NCBI GenBank assembly: GCA_963761725.1
Contig: CAVXHP010000006.1
Location: 253,534-317,533 of the forward strand
DNA: 64,000 bases
Source of the DNA: an uncultured Cytophagales bacterium
Lineage (GTDB): Bacteria > Bacteroidota > Bacteroidia > Cytophagales > Bernardetiaceae
Direction: 5' to 3'
Shown here: positions 54,431-63,008 of the stretch, in pieces
Position numbering within the stretch: position 1 is the first letter of the stretch
Layout: every line of letters starts with the position of its first letter
The notes under the pieces: model-generated
Database searches by the model: none
What the model saw: only the letters and a program-made list of their open reading frames with translations
Told to the model about the DNA's origin: nothing
Made by a program: the position numbers and the translations under genes

Positions 54431-55501
54431 TCAATTTCCCAAAGCTCTATTAAAAAGCTGTTTTATAAGCTCAAAACCTTCATCAAATTTATTTCTTTTC
54501 TGCTCAAAAGACAAAGTACCATCTTCATTTTCTGTAATCAAGTAGGTAAACACAAAATCGCCATCTCCATTCTGCCAGCCGTCTAATTGTCCGAAACGAA
54601 GGTCATTTATTTGATACATGGTATTTCCATTTTCTTCATATTTTCCTACTGTATAATATCCTTGTGGAACTTCTATAAGCTGTTTTACTTTTTTATTGTC
54701 TTTTATTGGGTCTAAGGCTTCCCAATTTTTTTCAAAATAATGGTATTTTATTTCCTTATTATTGTCTAAGACAGAATAATAACCACTATAATAACCGTCT
54801 TCTGTTTCTACAATATTATTCCAAAGCAAAATATTCAAAGGTGTAGTTTTGGTATCATAACGTAGATAATCAATGTTTTGAGCCTTTAGACTTTCTTCAA
54901 AAACAGAATTTACTCGCTGCTGATTAATAATTCCCATCAATAGATAAAAAGAAGACATTCCAACACCAAACCAAACCAAAAAAGAACGTTTCTCATTATA
55001 CGAATGACTGTATAAATTCCCTTTGAAAACGGGTAAAAATCTAGCCCAAAGCAGTAAAATAAGAAAAGGAATTGTATAGAAAAAATCAATTACAAAAACG
55101 GTTTTGAGTGCATAACCATGTTCTGAAAAAGGATAAAATATTTTTGTTCCCCAAGTAGTGAAAATATCCAACCAAGAATGCGTAATCATTCCCCAAAAAA
55201 ACAGATTTGTCCACCTCCAAAAACTCATTTCTAAAAGATATTTGAGTTTGTATTTTGTTCCCAAAGAATTGAAAAGCCAACCTAAAAAAGGAGCAAATAA
55301 GACAGCAAACAAAATAGAGTGCATCAAACTTCTATGCCAACGCAATTCTTGTACAATATCTAAAAAAGGGTTTACCAAAACATCTAAATCTGGAATTGTG
55401 CCAGCGACTGCTCCCCAAAGCATAGCCTGATTTCCAATTTTTCGTCCTGCGATAAGCTCGCCAACGGCTGCTCCTAATACAATTTGTGTGAGTGAATCCA
55501 T
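54431..55501 (-). CDS. Membrane-bound metal-dependent hydrolase (YdjM/YbcI, DUF457-like) with C-terminal soluble extension
   Basis: MDSLTQIVLGAAVGE...GTIPDLDV...HRSLMHS...THSWLD motifs. Confidence 0.7.
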   Translation of the reverse strand: MDSLTQIVLGAAVGELIAGRKIGNQAMLWGAVAGTIPDLDVLVNPFLDIVQELRWHRSLMHSILFAVLFAPFLGWLFNSLGTKYKLKYLLEMSFWRWTNLFFWGMITHSWLDIFTTWGTKIFYPFSEHGYALKTVFVIDFFYTIPFLILLLWARFLPVFKGNLYSHSYNEKRSFLVWFGVGMSSFYLLMGIINQQRVNSVFEESLKAQNIDYLRYDTKTTPLNILLWNNIVETEDGYYSGYYSVLDNNKEIKYHYFEKNWEALDPIKDNKKVKQLIEVPQGYYTVGKYEENGNTMYQINDLRFGQLDGWQNGDGDFVFTYLITENEDGTLSFEQKRNKFDEGFELIKQLFNRALGN

Positions 55502-55864
55502 TCTACAAAAATACTCTAAAATCAGTTAAACTACAGATTTCAAATAATAAATTAACTATTTTCAAAATTGAAGCAAAAAAATTATCTATTGCCAAATTCT
55601 TTATCAACGCTTTACCAATTCAGTTTTTCTAGTAAACGATAAATTATTATTTCGTCATAAATCCATTTTACAAAATAGATTTTTTATAGCACTAATTTTA
55701 CTACTAACTGATTATCAATTAAATAGCGATTTTTATAATTAAAAATTCTATTTTTGTTCGTTAAGTATCTAAATCGTTTTTTACCAATCAAACTATATCG
55801 TTGCTTGTCTGACCACCAGCGACCTACTATAAAACACAAACACACTTCTTTTTTATATAGAATT

Positions 55865-56965
55865 ATGATACAAACTCAAACGCTCGCTCCTCCTTCAACT
55901 GACTCTGTAATGGAGATTATGCAAAAAATGGGACATGAAAACCTCGTTTTTTGTCAAGACGAACACTCTGGTCTTCGTGCAATTATTGGTATTCACTCTA
56001 CCGTTTTAGGACCTGCTTTGGGAGGAACTAGAATGTGGAACTATGCAAATAGCACAGAAGCTGTAACCGATGCACTACGCCTTTCTCGTGGCATGTCGTA
56101 TAAAAACTCCATTGCTGGACTAAATTTGGGAGGTGGAAAAGCCGTTATTATTGGCGATGCACGTACGCAGAAAAACGAATTTTTATTGCGTCGTTTCGGA
56201 AAATTTGTAGAAAGTCTTAACGGAAAATATATCACTGCCGAAGACGTAGGAATGTCCACAATAGATATGAGCTATATTGCGATGGAAACCAAACACGTAA
56301 CAGGACTAGATGAAAGTCGTGGTGGTTCGGGTGATCCTTCTCCATTTACTGCTCTTGGAACGTATATGGGAATGAAAGCAGCAGCCAAAAAAATGTATGG
56401 AAGTGATAGCTTAGAAGGCAAAAAAGTTTCTATTCAAGGTGCAGGACATGTAGGCGAATATATCATCGAACACTTATCAAAAGAAGGTGCAAAGATTTAT
56501 GTTACAGATGTGTATGAAGACCGTTTGAAAGAAATTTCGGATAAGTATAAAGTAGAAATTGTAGGGTTAGAAGAAATCTATGATTTAGACGTAGATATTT
56601 ATTCTCCTTGTGCTTTGGGTGCAACTATTAACGACGAAACATTAAGCCGTTTGAAATGTCAAATTATTGCGGGTTGTGCCAACAATCAGCTTAAAGACGA
56701 GACAATTCATGGAAATGCATGTCTTGAGCGAGGAATTATTTATGTTCCAGACTTTTTGATTAATTCGGGTGGTGTAATCAATGTATATTCTGAATTTGCT
56801 TCACTTCCTCGTGAATGGGTCGTACAAAAAACAGAGCGTTTGTATGATATGTGTTTGGAGGTAATCAATACTTCTGTTTCTGAAAACAAAAATGCTCAAG
56901 ATGTAGCTATTCAGATTGCTCAAGAAAGAATTGATTCGATTGCAAATATCAAAACTAGAAGATAA
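55865..56965 (+). CDS. Leu/Phe/Val (Glu/Leu/Phe/Val family) amino-acid dehydrogenase
   Basis: GPALGGTRMW, NLGGGKAVI (catalytic Lys) and the Rossmann motif GAGHVG. The start is ambiguous (ATG at 55865 or 55910). Confidence 0.85.
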   Translation: MIQTQTLAPPSTDSVMEIMQKMGHENLVFCQDEHSGLRAIIGIHSTVLGPALGGTRMWNYANSTEAVTDALRLSRGMSYKNSIAGLNLGGGKAVIIGDARTQKNEFLLRRFGKFVESLNGKYITAEDVGMSTIDMSYIAMETKHVTGLDESRGGSGDPSPFTALGTYMGMKAAAKKMYGSDSLEGKKVSIQGAGHVGEYIIEHLSKEGAKIYVTDVYEDRLKEISDKYKVEIVGLEEIYDLDVDIYSPCALGATINDETLSRLKCQIIAGCANNQLKDETIHGNACLERGIIYVPDFLINSGGVINVYSEFASLPREWVVQKTERLYDMCLEVINTSVSENKNAQDVAIQIAQERIDSIANIKTRR

Positions 56966-56970
56966 GGAAC

Positions 56971-57021
56971 AATTACGACCTGCTAAAGCAGCGAAGCTAA
57001 TTACGAATTAAAAATTACGAA
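56971..57021. repeat. ATTACGA heptamer repeat with GC-rich palindromic insert (inverted copy of 53103-53149)
   Basis: Sequence aattacgacctgctaaagcagcgaagctaattacgaattaaaaattacgaa. Confidence 0.8.
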
Positions 57022-57165
57022 GCTATTTAATTTTTATTCCTAATATTTTAATTGTCAGACACTTTCAGAAGTGTCAGACAATGTACACACAAAAAAACAG
57101 AGAAAAGCGAATTGCCTTGCTGCAATTCGCTTTTTTTGTGCGTATAGTTTAAGAATAAAATACAA

Positions 57166-57276
57166 GGTAGTGTTAAAGATGTAATGCTGCAATTCTAAAA
57201 ATCTGTGTTTTATTCGTTCAATCTGTGTTATCTGTGTTCTATTTTTTATTTACAGCATTACTTGTTATAGACTACC
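57166..57276. repeat. 111-bp MITE-like element, copy 2
   Basis: GGTAGTGTTAAAGATGTAATGCTG ... CAGCATTACTTGTTATAGACTACC. Same length and orientation as copy 1, with roughly 90% identity by eye. Confidence 0.8.
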
Positions 57277-57309
57277 AAATACAAATTACCTTAAAATCAA
57301 TCTGCTTTT

Positions 57310-58008
57310 ATGAAAAAAATCTATCAAATCGTTTTTGCACTTCTGTTCTTATTTTTCATTATAGGACAGGAAAGTCTAGTTTTTGGGCAAATGGATTTAC
57401 AAACTGCTCTTTCGGGTAAATTAGTTTGTCTTCAATCTATGGCAACTTCTACTAAAGCAGACAGTACAAACCAAACAGTAAAAGATACAACTAAAACGAC
57501 TAGAATTGTAATGCGTTGTTATTCCTCTTATACTCCAACTAAAGAACCATTATATATCATAGATGGTATTCCTCTTTCTGAAAATGATTCTACTTTCAAA
57601 AATCTTTCTCCAGAAGATATTGAATCAATTTCTGTGATGAAAGGAGTATCTGCAACAGCTCTCTATGGTTCAAGAGGTGCAAATGGAGTAATTCTTATTA
57701 TCCTCAAAAAGAAAGAAATTAAAGAAGAGAAAACAGAAAAACCAGTAGAAGAAGTTGAAATAAATGTTTTTCCTAATCCGACAACAGAGTTTGTAAATAT
57801 TGCTTTAAACCTCAAAGAAAAATCAGAAGTAGAAATCAAAATTTATAATCTTCAAACTTTAGAGAGTTATGAAATAAATAAAGAAATGTATGAAGCAGGA
57901 GAACAGCAGATTAACTGGAAAGTTAATTCTTTAGCAAATGGAACATACAACATAAAAATTAAAATTGGAAAACAGATTATTACTAAAAAACTTGTTATTC
58001 AAAAATAG
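57310..58008 (+). CDS. Secreted protein: TonB-dependent-receptor plug-like segment plus T9SS C-terminal sorting domain
   Basis: Signal peptide; PLYIIDGIPL...IESISVMKGVSATALYGSRGANGVILI (plug-like); C-terminal VFPNPTTEFVNI...GTYNIKIKIGKQIITKKLVIQK (Por_Secre_tail-like). Confidence 0.7.
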   Translation: MKKIYQIVFALLFLFFIIGQESLVFGQMDLQTALSGKLVCLQSMATSTKADSTNQTVKDTTKTTRIVMRCYSSYTPTKEPLYIIDGIPLSENDSTFKNLSPEDIESISVMKGVSATALYGSRGANGVILIILKKKEIKEEKTEKPVEEVEINVFPNPTTEFVNIALNLKEKSEVEIKIYNLQTLESYEINKEMYEAGEQQINWKVNSLANGTYNIKIKIGKQIITKKLVIQK

Positions 58009-58174
58009 AGATTTGGTATTTTACGTTTTTGAAATATTGAAACTGTATCTATTGATTTTATTAGAAAAATTATACAAAAAACTCAAAAAAACACATTATA
58101 TTTTGGTATAGTGTGTTTTTTTGTAAATTGAACGAATTATAGTCCTAAAATTTATATAAAAAATACTAAAATAT

Positions 58175-58801
58175 ATGAAGCAAAATTTTAAAATTATTTT
58201 TGCCTTTACTACTTTATTCTTTGTTGTAAGTCAAGTAAATATATTGGTGGCACAAGATAAAAGTCTAAAAAAAGACCATTCTGAAGTCATAACAAGAGGT
58301 TCTACATCGTCTATTACTGAAAAAATACCAACTTTATATGTTGTAGATGGTGTCATACAAGCTGACTCTGCCGCTGTTATGAGTAAAATCAGTCCAAGTC
58401 AAATTGAATCTGTAACTATATTCAAAGGTGAAAAAGCGGTTTCACTATATGGTTCTAGAGGAGTAAATGGTGTAGTTTATATCATACTCAAAAAAGATGA
58501 AAAAATCATAGAAGAACAAGAAGAAGAAATAAAAGAAATAGAAGAAACTCTGGTAAATATTTTTCCAAATCCTACTTCTGAGCTTGTAAATGTTACTTTA
58601 TATTTAAAAGAAAAATCTGAAGTAGAAATTATTATGTATAATCTTCAAACGCTAGAAAAGCACGAAATAAGCAAAGAAATGTATGAAGCAGGAGAACAGC
58701 AAATTAATTGGAAAGTTAATTCTTTAGAAAATGGAACATATAACGTAAAGATTAAAATTGGAAAACAGATTATTACTAAAAAACTTGTTATCCGAAACTA
58801 A
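58175..58801 (+). CDS. Tandem paralogue: plug-like segment plus T9SS C-terminal sorting domain
   Basis: LYVVDGV...IESVTIFKGEKAVSLYGSRGVNGVVYI, and a C-terminal about 90 aa nearly identical to the upstream paralogue. Confidence 0.7.
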   Translation: MKQNFKIIFAFTTLFFVVSQVNILVAQDKSLKKDHSEVITRGSTSSITEKIPTLYVVDGVIQADSAAVMSKISPSQIESVTIFKGEKAVSLYGSRGVNGVVYIILKKDEKIIEEQEEEIKEIEETLVNIFPNPTSELVNVTLYLKEKSEVEIIMYNLQTLEKHEISKEMYEAGEQQINWKVNSLENGTYNVKIKIGKQIITKKLVIRN

Positions 58802-58860
58802 ATACTCTGCTATTGCTCGTATTCTGACAAGCGATATGTAAATCACAAAAAAAATATAAA

Positions 58861-58896
58861 AAAAGCGTATTGTATTTTATTACAATACGCTTTTTT
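58861..58896. terminator. Hairpin terminator
   Basis: AAAAGCGTATTGTA ttttat TACAATACGCTTTT followed by TT. Confidence 0.75.
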
Positions 58897-58968
58897 GTAT
58901 GTAAATTTGAAAAATGTAACGTACCTTTTAAGGTGCGAAAAATCAATGAAAATATTTTATTAATAACT

Positions 58969-59172
58969 ATGGCAACAGAAAAATATATTTGTGAATCGTG
59001 TGGTAGTAATGAATTTGTAACCAAACCCAACCATTTTGATTTATTTTCAGCAGAAGACGGAAAACTTATTTTTCAAGAATCAATGCTAGTAGAAGACGAT
59101 AGCAATTTAGAGCTTTTTTGTTTTGAGTGTGATGAAAAATTAGAATTTGATGAGGAAGATTTGGAGTTTTAA
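58969..59172 (+). CDS. Small acidic zinc-ribbon-like protein (67 aa)
   Basis: CESCGS...(39 aa)...CFECDE, two CxxC pairs. ATG at 58969. A terminator follows. Confidence 0.45.
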   Translation: MATEKYICESCGSNEFVTKPNHFDLFSAEDGKLIFQESMLVEDDSNLELFCFECDEKLEFDEEDLEF

Positions 59173-59206
59173 TTTTTTGTTTTTATTCATTGAAAATTAG
59201 ACTTTG

Positions 59207-59252
59207 GAGAATAGAAGTGGGTAAATACTAATTCTATTCTCTTTCTTTTTTT
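59207..59252 (+). terminator. Rho-independent terminator
   Basis: GAGAATAGAA..TTCTATTCTC followed by a T-rich run. Confidence 0.65.
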
Positions 59253-59296
59253 GTAAATTGGGTTTGAGTCTTGAAGTAAATCATTTTATAAATTAA

Positions 59297-59404
59297 GAAT
59301 AGTATAGACACTATTTTAGCAGAATTTCCAGACTTAGAAAGAGAAGATATATTTGCTTGTTTGCAGTATTCTTTGGCTAATATTGTTCAAAAAAGAATAA
59401 ATTA
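59297..59404 (+). pseudogene. C-terminal remnant of a DUF433-type antitoxin gene
   Basis: Encodes ...DTILAEFPDLEREDIFACLQYSLANIVQKRIN*, matching the DUF433 C-terminal pattern (YP.L..EDI.A.L.Y). There are stop codons immediately upstream and no N-terminal part. Confidence 0.5.
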
Positions 59405-59666
59405 ATTACTTCTTTTTAATTCTTGACGCAGTGTGTCAAGAATTGAAAAATATAGCAAATCTAATATTTGACGCATTGCCTTAAGAATTCAAAACAAACA
59501 TCTTTTCGCATCAAAATACATGCTTTATTTGCCAAAAGAAGAAGAACTAAAAGCAGAATTAGAACGAGAAAGATTATTTATTGAGAATAGAAAGAAGTCA
59601 TAAAACGGAACAAAGAACATCAAAAAGCGTATTCAATAGTAAAGAACACTATAAAATAAATCAATT

Positions 59667-59879
59667 ATGCAAGAACAACTCATTTTATCGCAACTTTACA
59701 CACTTCCAGAAAATCTAAAAACAGAAGTATTACGTTTTATTCTATTTCTAAAATCTGAAAGTGAAAGTGATACAGTAATTGCTGAAAAAAAACAGCGAGT
59801 TTTTGGACGTTCGAAGGGACGTTACAAAATGGCTGATGATTTTGATGCACCTTTAGATGATTTTAACGAATATATGTAA
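59667..59879 (+). CDS. DUF2281-type antitoxin (VapB-like)
   Basis: LYTLPENLKTEVLRFILFLK ... FGRSKGRYKMADDFDAPLDDF. Confidence 0.65.
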   Translation: MQEQLILSQLYTLPENLKTEVLRFILFLKSESESDTVIAEKKQRVFGRSKGRYKMADDFDAPLDDFNEYM

Positions 59880-59917
59880 TGAAATATTTATTAGATACAC
59901 ATACTTTTTTATGCTGA
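59879..59917 (+). pseudogene. 12-codon remnant of a PIN/VapC toxin gene
   Basis: ATG overlaps the antitoxin TAA and encodes MKYLLDTHTFLC*. MKYLLDT is the canonical VapC N-terminus with the first catalytic Asp. The rest of the gene is replaced. Confidence 0.55.
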
Positions 59918-60321
59918 AATATTTTAGAAAAGAAATAACAACAGAGAATGGTTATTATTTGCTTGAACAAGTTGATAAAAATATCAAACTTGGCAACAAA
60001 CAGAAATTAGGTTTAAAAAGATTTCTTAGATCTGAATTTAAAGATAATTATAAAAGAACTACAATTATACCTTGGGATTTAGATTTTCGTAGCAGAATAT
60101 TAAATTACTTCATAGATGTATTTCCTCCCAATGGTTCTACAATCAAAAAATTTTACTTAACTGAGAATAATGAATTGTGTATTTTGTACGAACAATTACC
60201 AGATTTTGACAGTGATATACATTTCTATCCATTTAATTTAGACAAAAAATCTGAATGGTTAGCCACATTTAATTTTTCTGAGCAAAAATGGAAGCTAAAA
60301 AGAATAAGCTATTTAAAGTAA
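59911..60321 (+). CDS. Hypothetical protein (136 aa) occupying the position of the lost VapC body
   Basis: ATG at 59911 (MLKYFRKEITTENGYY...). No recognisable motif. Confidence 0.45.
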   Translation: MLKYFRKEITTENGYYLLEQVDKNIKLGNKQKLGLKRFLRSEFKDNYKRTTIIPWDLDFRSRILNYFIDVFPPNGSTIKKFYLTENNELCILYEQLPDFDSDIHFYPFNLDKKSEWLATFNFSEQKWKLKRISYLK

Positions 60322-60373
60322 TAGCTTTCATATAAAAAATAAAGAATTACAGAGCTAAAATTATGTACGAATC

Positions 60374-60426
60374 AATTCGTAATTTTTAATTGACTGCGTC
60401 GTCTTTCAGTTCGTAATTCGTAATTG
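60374..60426. repeat. TCGTAAT heptamer repeat with GC-containing insert
   Basis: Sequence aattcgtaatttttaatt-gactgcgtcgtctttcag-ttcgtaattcgtaatt. Confidence 0.8.
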
Positions 60427-60434
60427 AATAAAAC

Positions 60435-61166
60435 ATGTACGAAATAAAAATACCCGTTTTTGAAGGAGCTTTTGATTTGTTACTTTTCTTTATTGAGAGG
60501 GACGAATTAGATATTTATGACATTCCGATTACTAAAGTAACGACTGATTTTTTGGAGTACATTCGTGCGCTAGAAAAAATGAATATCGAACTTGCCAGCG
60601 AATTTATTGTAGTGGCTGCAACGCTCATGCAAATAAAAGCAAAAATGCTCATTCCTCGTGAGCAAGTCGATGCAGAAGGAAATATTATTGACCCAAGAAA
60701 AGAACTCATTCAGCAGCTTTTAGAATACAAGCGTTTTCGTCCTGTCATTGAGCAGCTTTCTAATTTGGAAGACGATTCTTTGGCTAGAGAAACGAGAGGA
60801 AATATTATTTCAGAACTCAAATCTCTTAATAAAGTGCGTCCAGAAGATGTGGACTTGGAAGACGTAGATTTGTATAAATTACTAAAGGCTTTTCAGAATG
60901 TGATGGAATTACACGAGCTTTCTCAACCCAGATTAGATAATATAAAACCTTATCCGTATAGTGTAAATAATCAAAGAGTCTATTTAATAGAAAAGATTTT
61001 AAAGAATGAACGAGTAAATTTTGTAGAAATCTTAAAAGAAAGTGGAAATCGCATTTTGGTTGTCTTTAACTTTTTGGCAATCTTAGAACTTATACAAATT
61101 GGAGATATTAAGCTAGAAATGGGTGAAGAACCTGATTTCAATGAGTTCTATCTTTGCAGAGGATAA
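60435..61166 (+). CDS. scpA: Segregation and condensation protein A
   Basis: FEGAFDLLLFFIERDELDIYDIPITKVTTDFLEY...ASEFIVVAATLMQIKAKMLIP. Confidence 0.85.
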   Translation: MYEIKIPVFEGAFDLLLFFIERDELDIYDIPITKVTTDFLEYIRALEKMNIELASEFIVVAATLMQIKAKMLIPREQVDAEGNIIDPRKELIQQLLEYKRFRPVIEQLSNLEDDSLARETRGNIISELKSLNKVRPEDVDLEDVDLYKLLKAFQNVMELHELSQPRLDNIKPYPYSVNNQRVYLIEKILKNERVNFVEILKESGNRILVVFNFLAILELIQIGDIKLEMGEEPDFNEFYLCRG

Positions 61167-61318
61167 ACTTTTTATTAATAAATCCTCAAGTGATTATACC
61201 AAAAAAGTACAATTTATTAGTAAGAAGTTAATGAAGGCGTAAGGTAAGAAGAGTAAGTTTGCAACATCAATAAAACAATGAAATATTGATTCAAAAATTT
61301 ACTAATAACACTATCAAA

Positions 61319-62788
61319 ATGAAAACTTCAAAACTCAATTTATTTGCACTTGCTTTTTTAGGTTTGAACCTAACGACAGCTTGTAACGACGACAATACGC
61401 CTGACGCAATCCGTACAGAAGCTCAATTGGTTGCTCATTCTATTACTCCTTCTTTCCTGAAAGTTGCTCCTGAGTTTTCAGGTATTAAAGTAATGCCTTT
61501 GCTTACCTCAGAGGATAAATTAAGCGAAACTCCTAATTTCGTTTATGGTTCAATGGCTGATGGTGCAGGTTTATTAAAAAATCCAGACGGAACTTATACG
61601 CTCATAAATAATATTGAAGCCGATTATTCTATCGCCAGAATTACACTTGACAAAACGTTCAAACCTGTAAAAGGCGAGTATATTCTCAATGCACAAGCAA
61701 CAGCTTTTACTGCTCAATGTTCGGGTACACTTGTTACTCCTCAAGAACATGGTTTTGGTCCTGTTTATTTATCAGGTGGAGAATGGGGTGGAGCTTCAAA
61801 AGGTGTTTTTATTGTTGATCCTTTCAAAAGTGCTACTCTGGCTTCTTCTCCTCGTATGCTAAATGCTATGGGACAATGGTCGACAGAGAATGCAGTTCCT
61901 ATTGGAAAAGACGCTTATTCTGACAAAACGGTTGTCTTTATAGGTGATGACCATTCTGACAATTCTATTCCTTCAGGACAGTTAGGAATGTATGTAGGAA
62001 ACAGAGGCGATTTGGAGGGTGGCAAACTCTATGGTCTTAAAGTTACTTCTGCTGGCGTAAACTACGAAATGGATATGAAAGAAGGTACTTCATATGATAT
62101 GGAATTTGTAGAATTAAAAGAAAAAAGCATCGATTTGCTTGATGCAGAAGCCAAACAAAAAGGCGTTATGGGTTTTTCAAGAGTAGAAGATATTGATTGG
62201 AGAAGAGGTTCTGGAGCTAACAACAGAGAAGTTTATTTTTGTGTTACAGGTCGTAAAAGAGATGCTTTAGCAGGAAAAGGAACATTCTACGGACGTATCT
62301 ATAAAGTAACACTAAATCCAGAAGACCCAACTAAAATAGGCAAAATTACATGTGTTTTAGATGGCGATAAGCTAGATGGAAAAGCAAAAGCATTCCATAG
62401 TCCAGATAATATCTTAGTTACTGAAAATTATGCCTACATTCAAGAAGATCCAAATGGCGTTTCGGATGCTAGTACGCCAGAGAAGGAACACTATGCACGT
62501 TTATATCAATACAATTTGAATACAGGAGAATTGAAAAACGTACTAGATTGTGATCAAGCAAAAGCAATATCACAAGGATATGGAACGGAGAATTTCTGGG
62601 AACTTACAGGAATGATTGATATTTCCGATATTGTAGGAATTGATGAAACATTTTTACTGATTACTCAAAATCACGGTTGGGAAAGAGCTGACGGTGTTCC
62701 ATTTACAGACCCAAATGCTGTTTCAGATATAAATAATAGTAGAAAAGAAGGAAGTATGCTATTCATAATAAATGGTTTGGGAAGATAA
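61319..62788 (+). CDS. Secreted lipoprotein, PhoX/DUF839-like beta-propeller protein
   Basis: Lipobox LTTAC. FSRVEDIDWRRG...REVYFCVTGR and FHSPDNILVTENYAYIQEDPNG resemble PhoX-family motifs as recalled from memory. Confidence 0.5.
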   Translation: MKTSKLNLFALAFLGLNLTTACNDDNTPDAIRTEAQLVAHSITPSFLKVAPEFSGIKVMPLLTSEDKLSETPNFVYGSMADGAGLLKNPDGTYTLINNIEADYSIARITLDKTFKPVKGEYILNAQATAFTAQCSGTLVTPQEHGFGPVYLSGGEWGGASKGVFIVDPFKSATLASSPRMLNAMGQWSTENAVPIGKDAYSDKTVVFIGDDHSDNSIPSGQLGMYVGNRGDLEGGKLYGLKVTSAGVNYEMDMKEGTSYDMEFVELKEKSIDLLDAEAKQKGVMGFSRVEDIDWRRGSGANNREVYFCVTGRKRDALAGKGTFYGRIYKVTLNPEDPTKIGKITCVLDGDKLDGKAKAFHSPDNILVTENYAYIQEDPNGVSDASTPEKEHYARLYQYNLNTGELKNVLDCDQAKAISQGYGTENFWELTGMIDISDIVGIDETFLLITQNHGWERADGVPFTDPNAVSDINNSRKEGSMLFIINGLGR

Positions 62789-62911
62789 TTTTTCCATTTT
62801 TATTCTAAAAAACAACCCTAAGAAATAATTGATTAATTCAGTTTTTCTTAGGGTTTTGATAATTATAATTCATTTTCATAGAACTTTCGCACAATCTCGT
62901 TCAAGCATCTG

Positions 62912-62954
62912 CTTGGACGCTCTTTTTCGCAAGCATATGCTTGCAAAGTAATAA
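62912..62954. promoter_or_regulatory. Pair of related palindromes (putative operator) upstream of the 63009 gene
   Basis: CAAGCAtcTGCTTG at 62912-62925 and the perfect 16-bp palindrome GCAAGCATATGCTTGC at 62939-62954. Confidence 0.4.
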
Positions 62955-63008
62955 GCAAAAGATAGAATCTTGCGATAGAAAGATTAATCTTAAAAAAAAC
63001 TACCTCAA

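Noticed and set aside
54383-54586. Track ORFs overlapping the 111-bp repeat copies (54383-54586 and 57225-57419).
   Set aside because: - Both start inside the MITE-like element.
- They owe their similarity to the repeat.
- One overlaps the 3' end of the hydrolase gene on the opposite strand and the other overlaps the T9SS paralogue's start.
59520-59603. A 27-codon ORF (MLYLPKEEELKAELERERLFIENRKKS) between the toxin-antitoxin remnants.
   Set aside because: It is too short and has no identifiable family. It may be another gene fragment, but that cannot be supported from the sequence alone.
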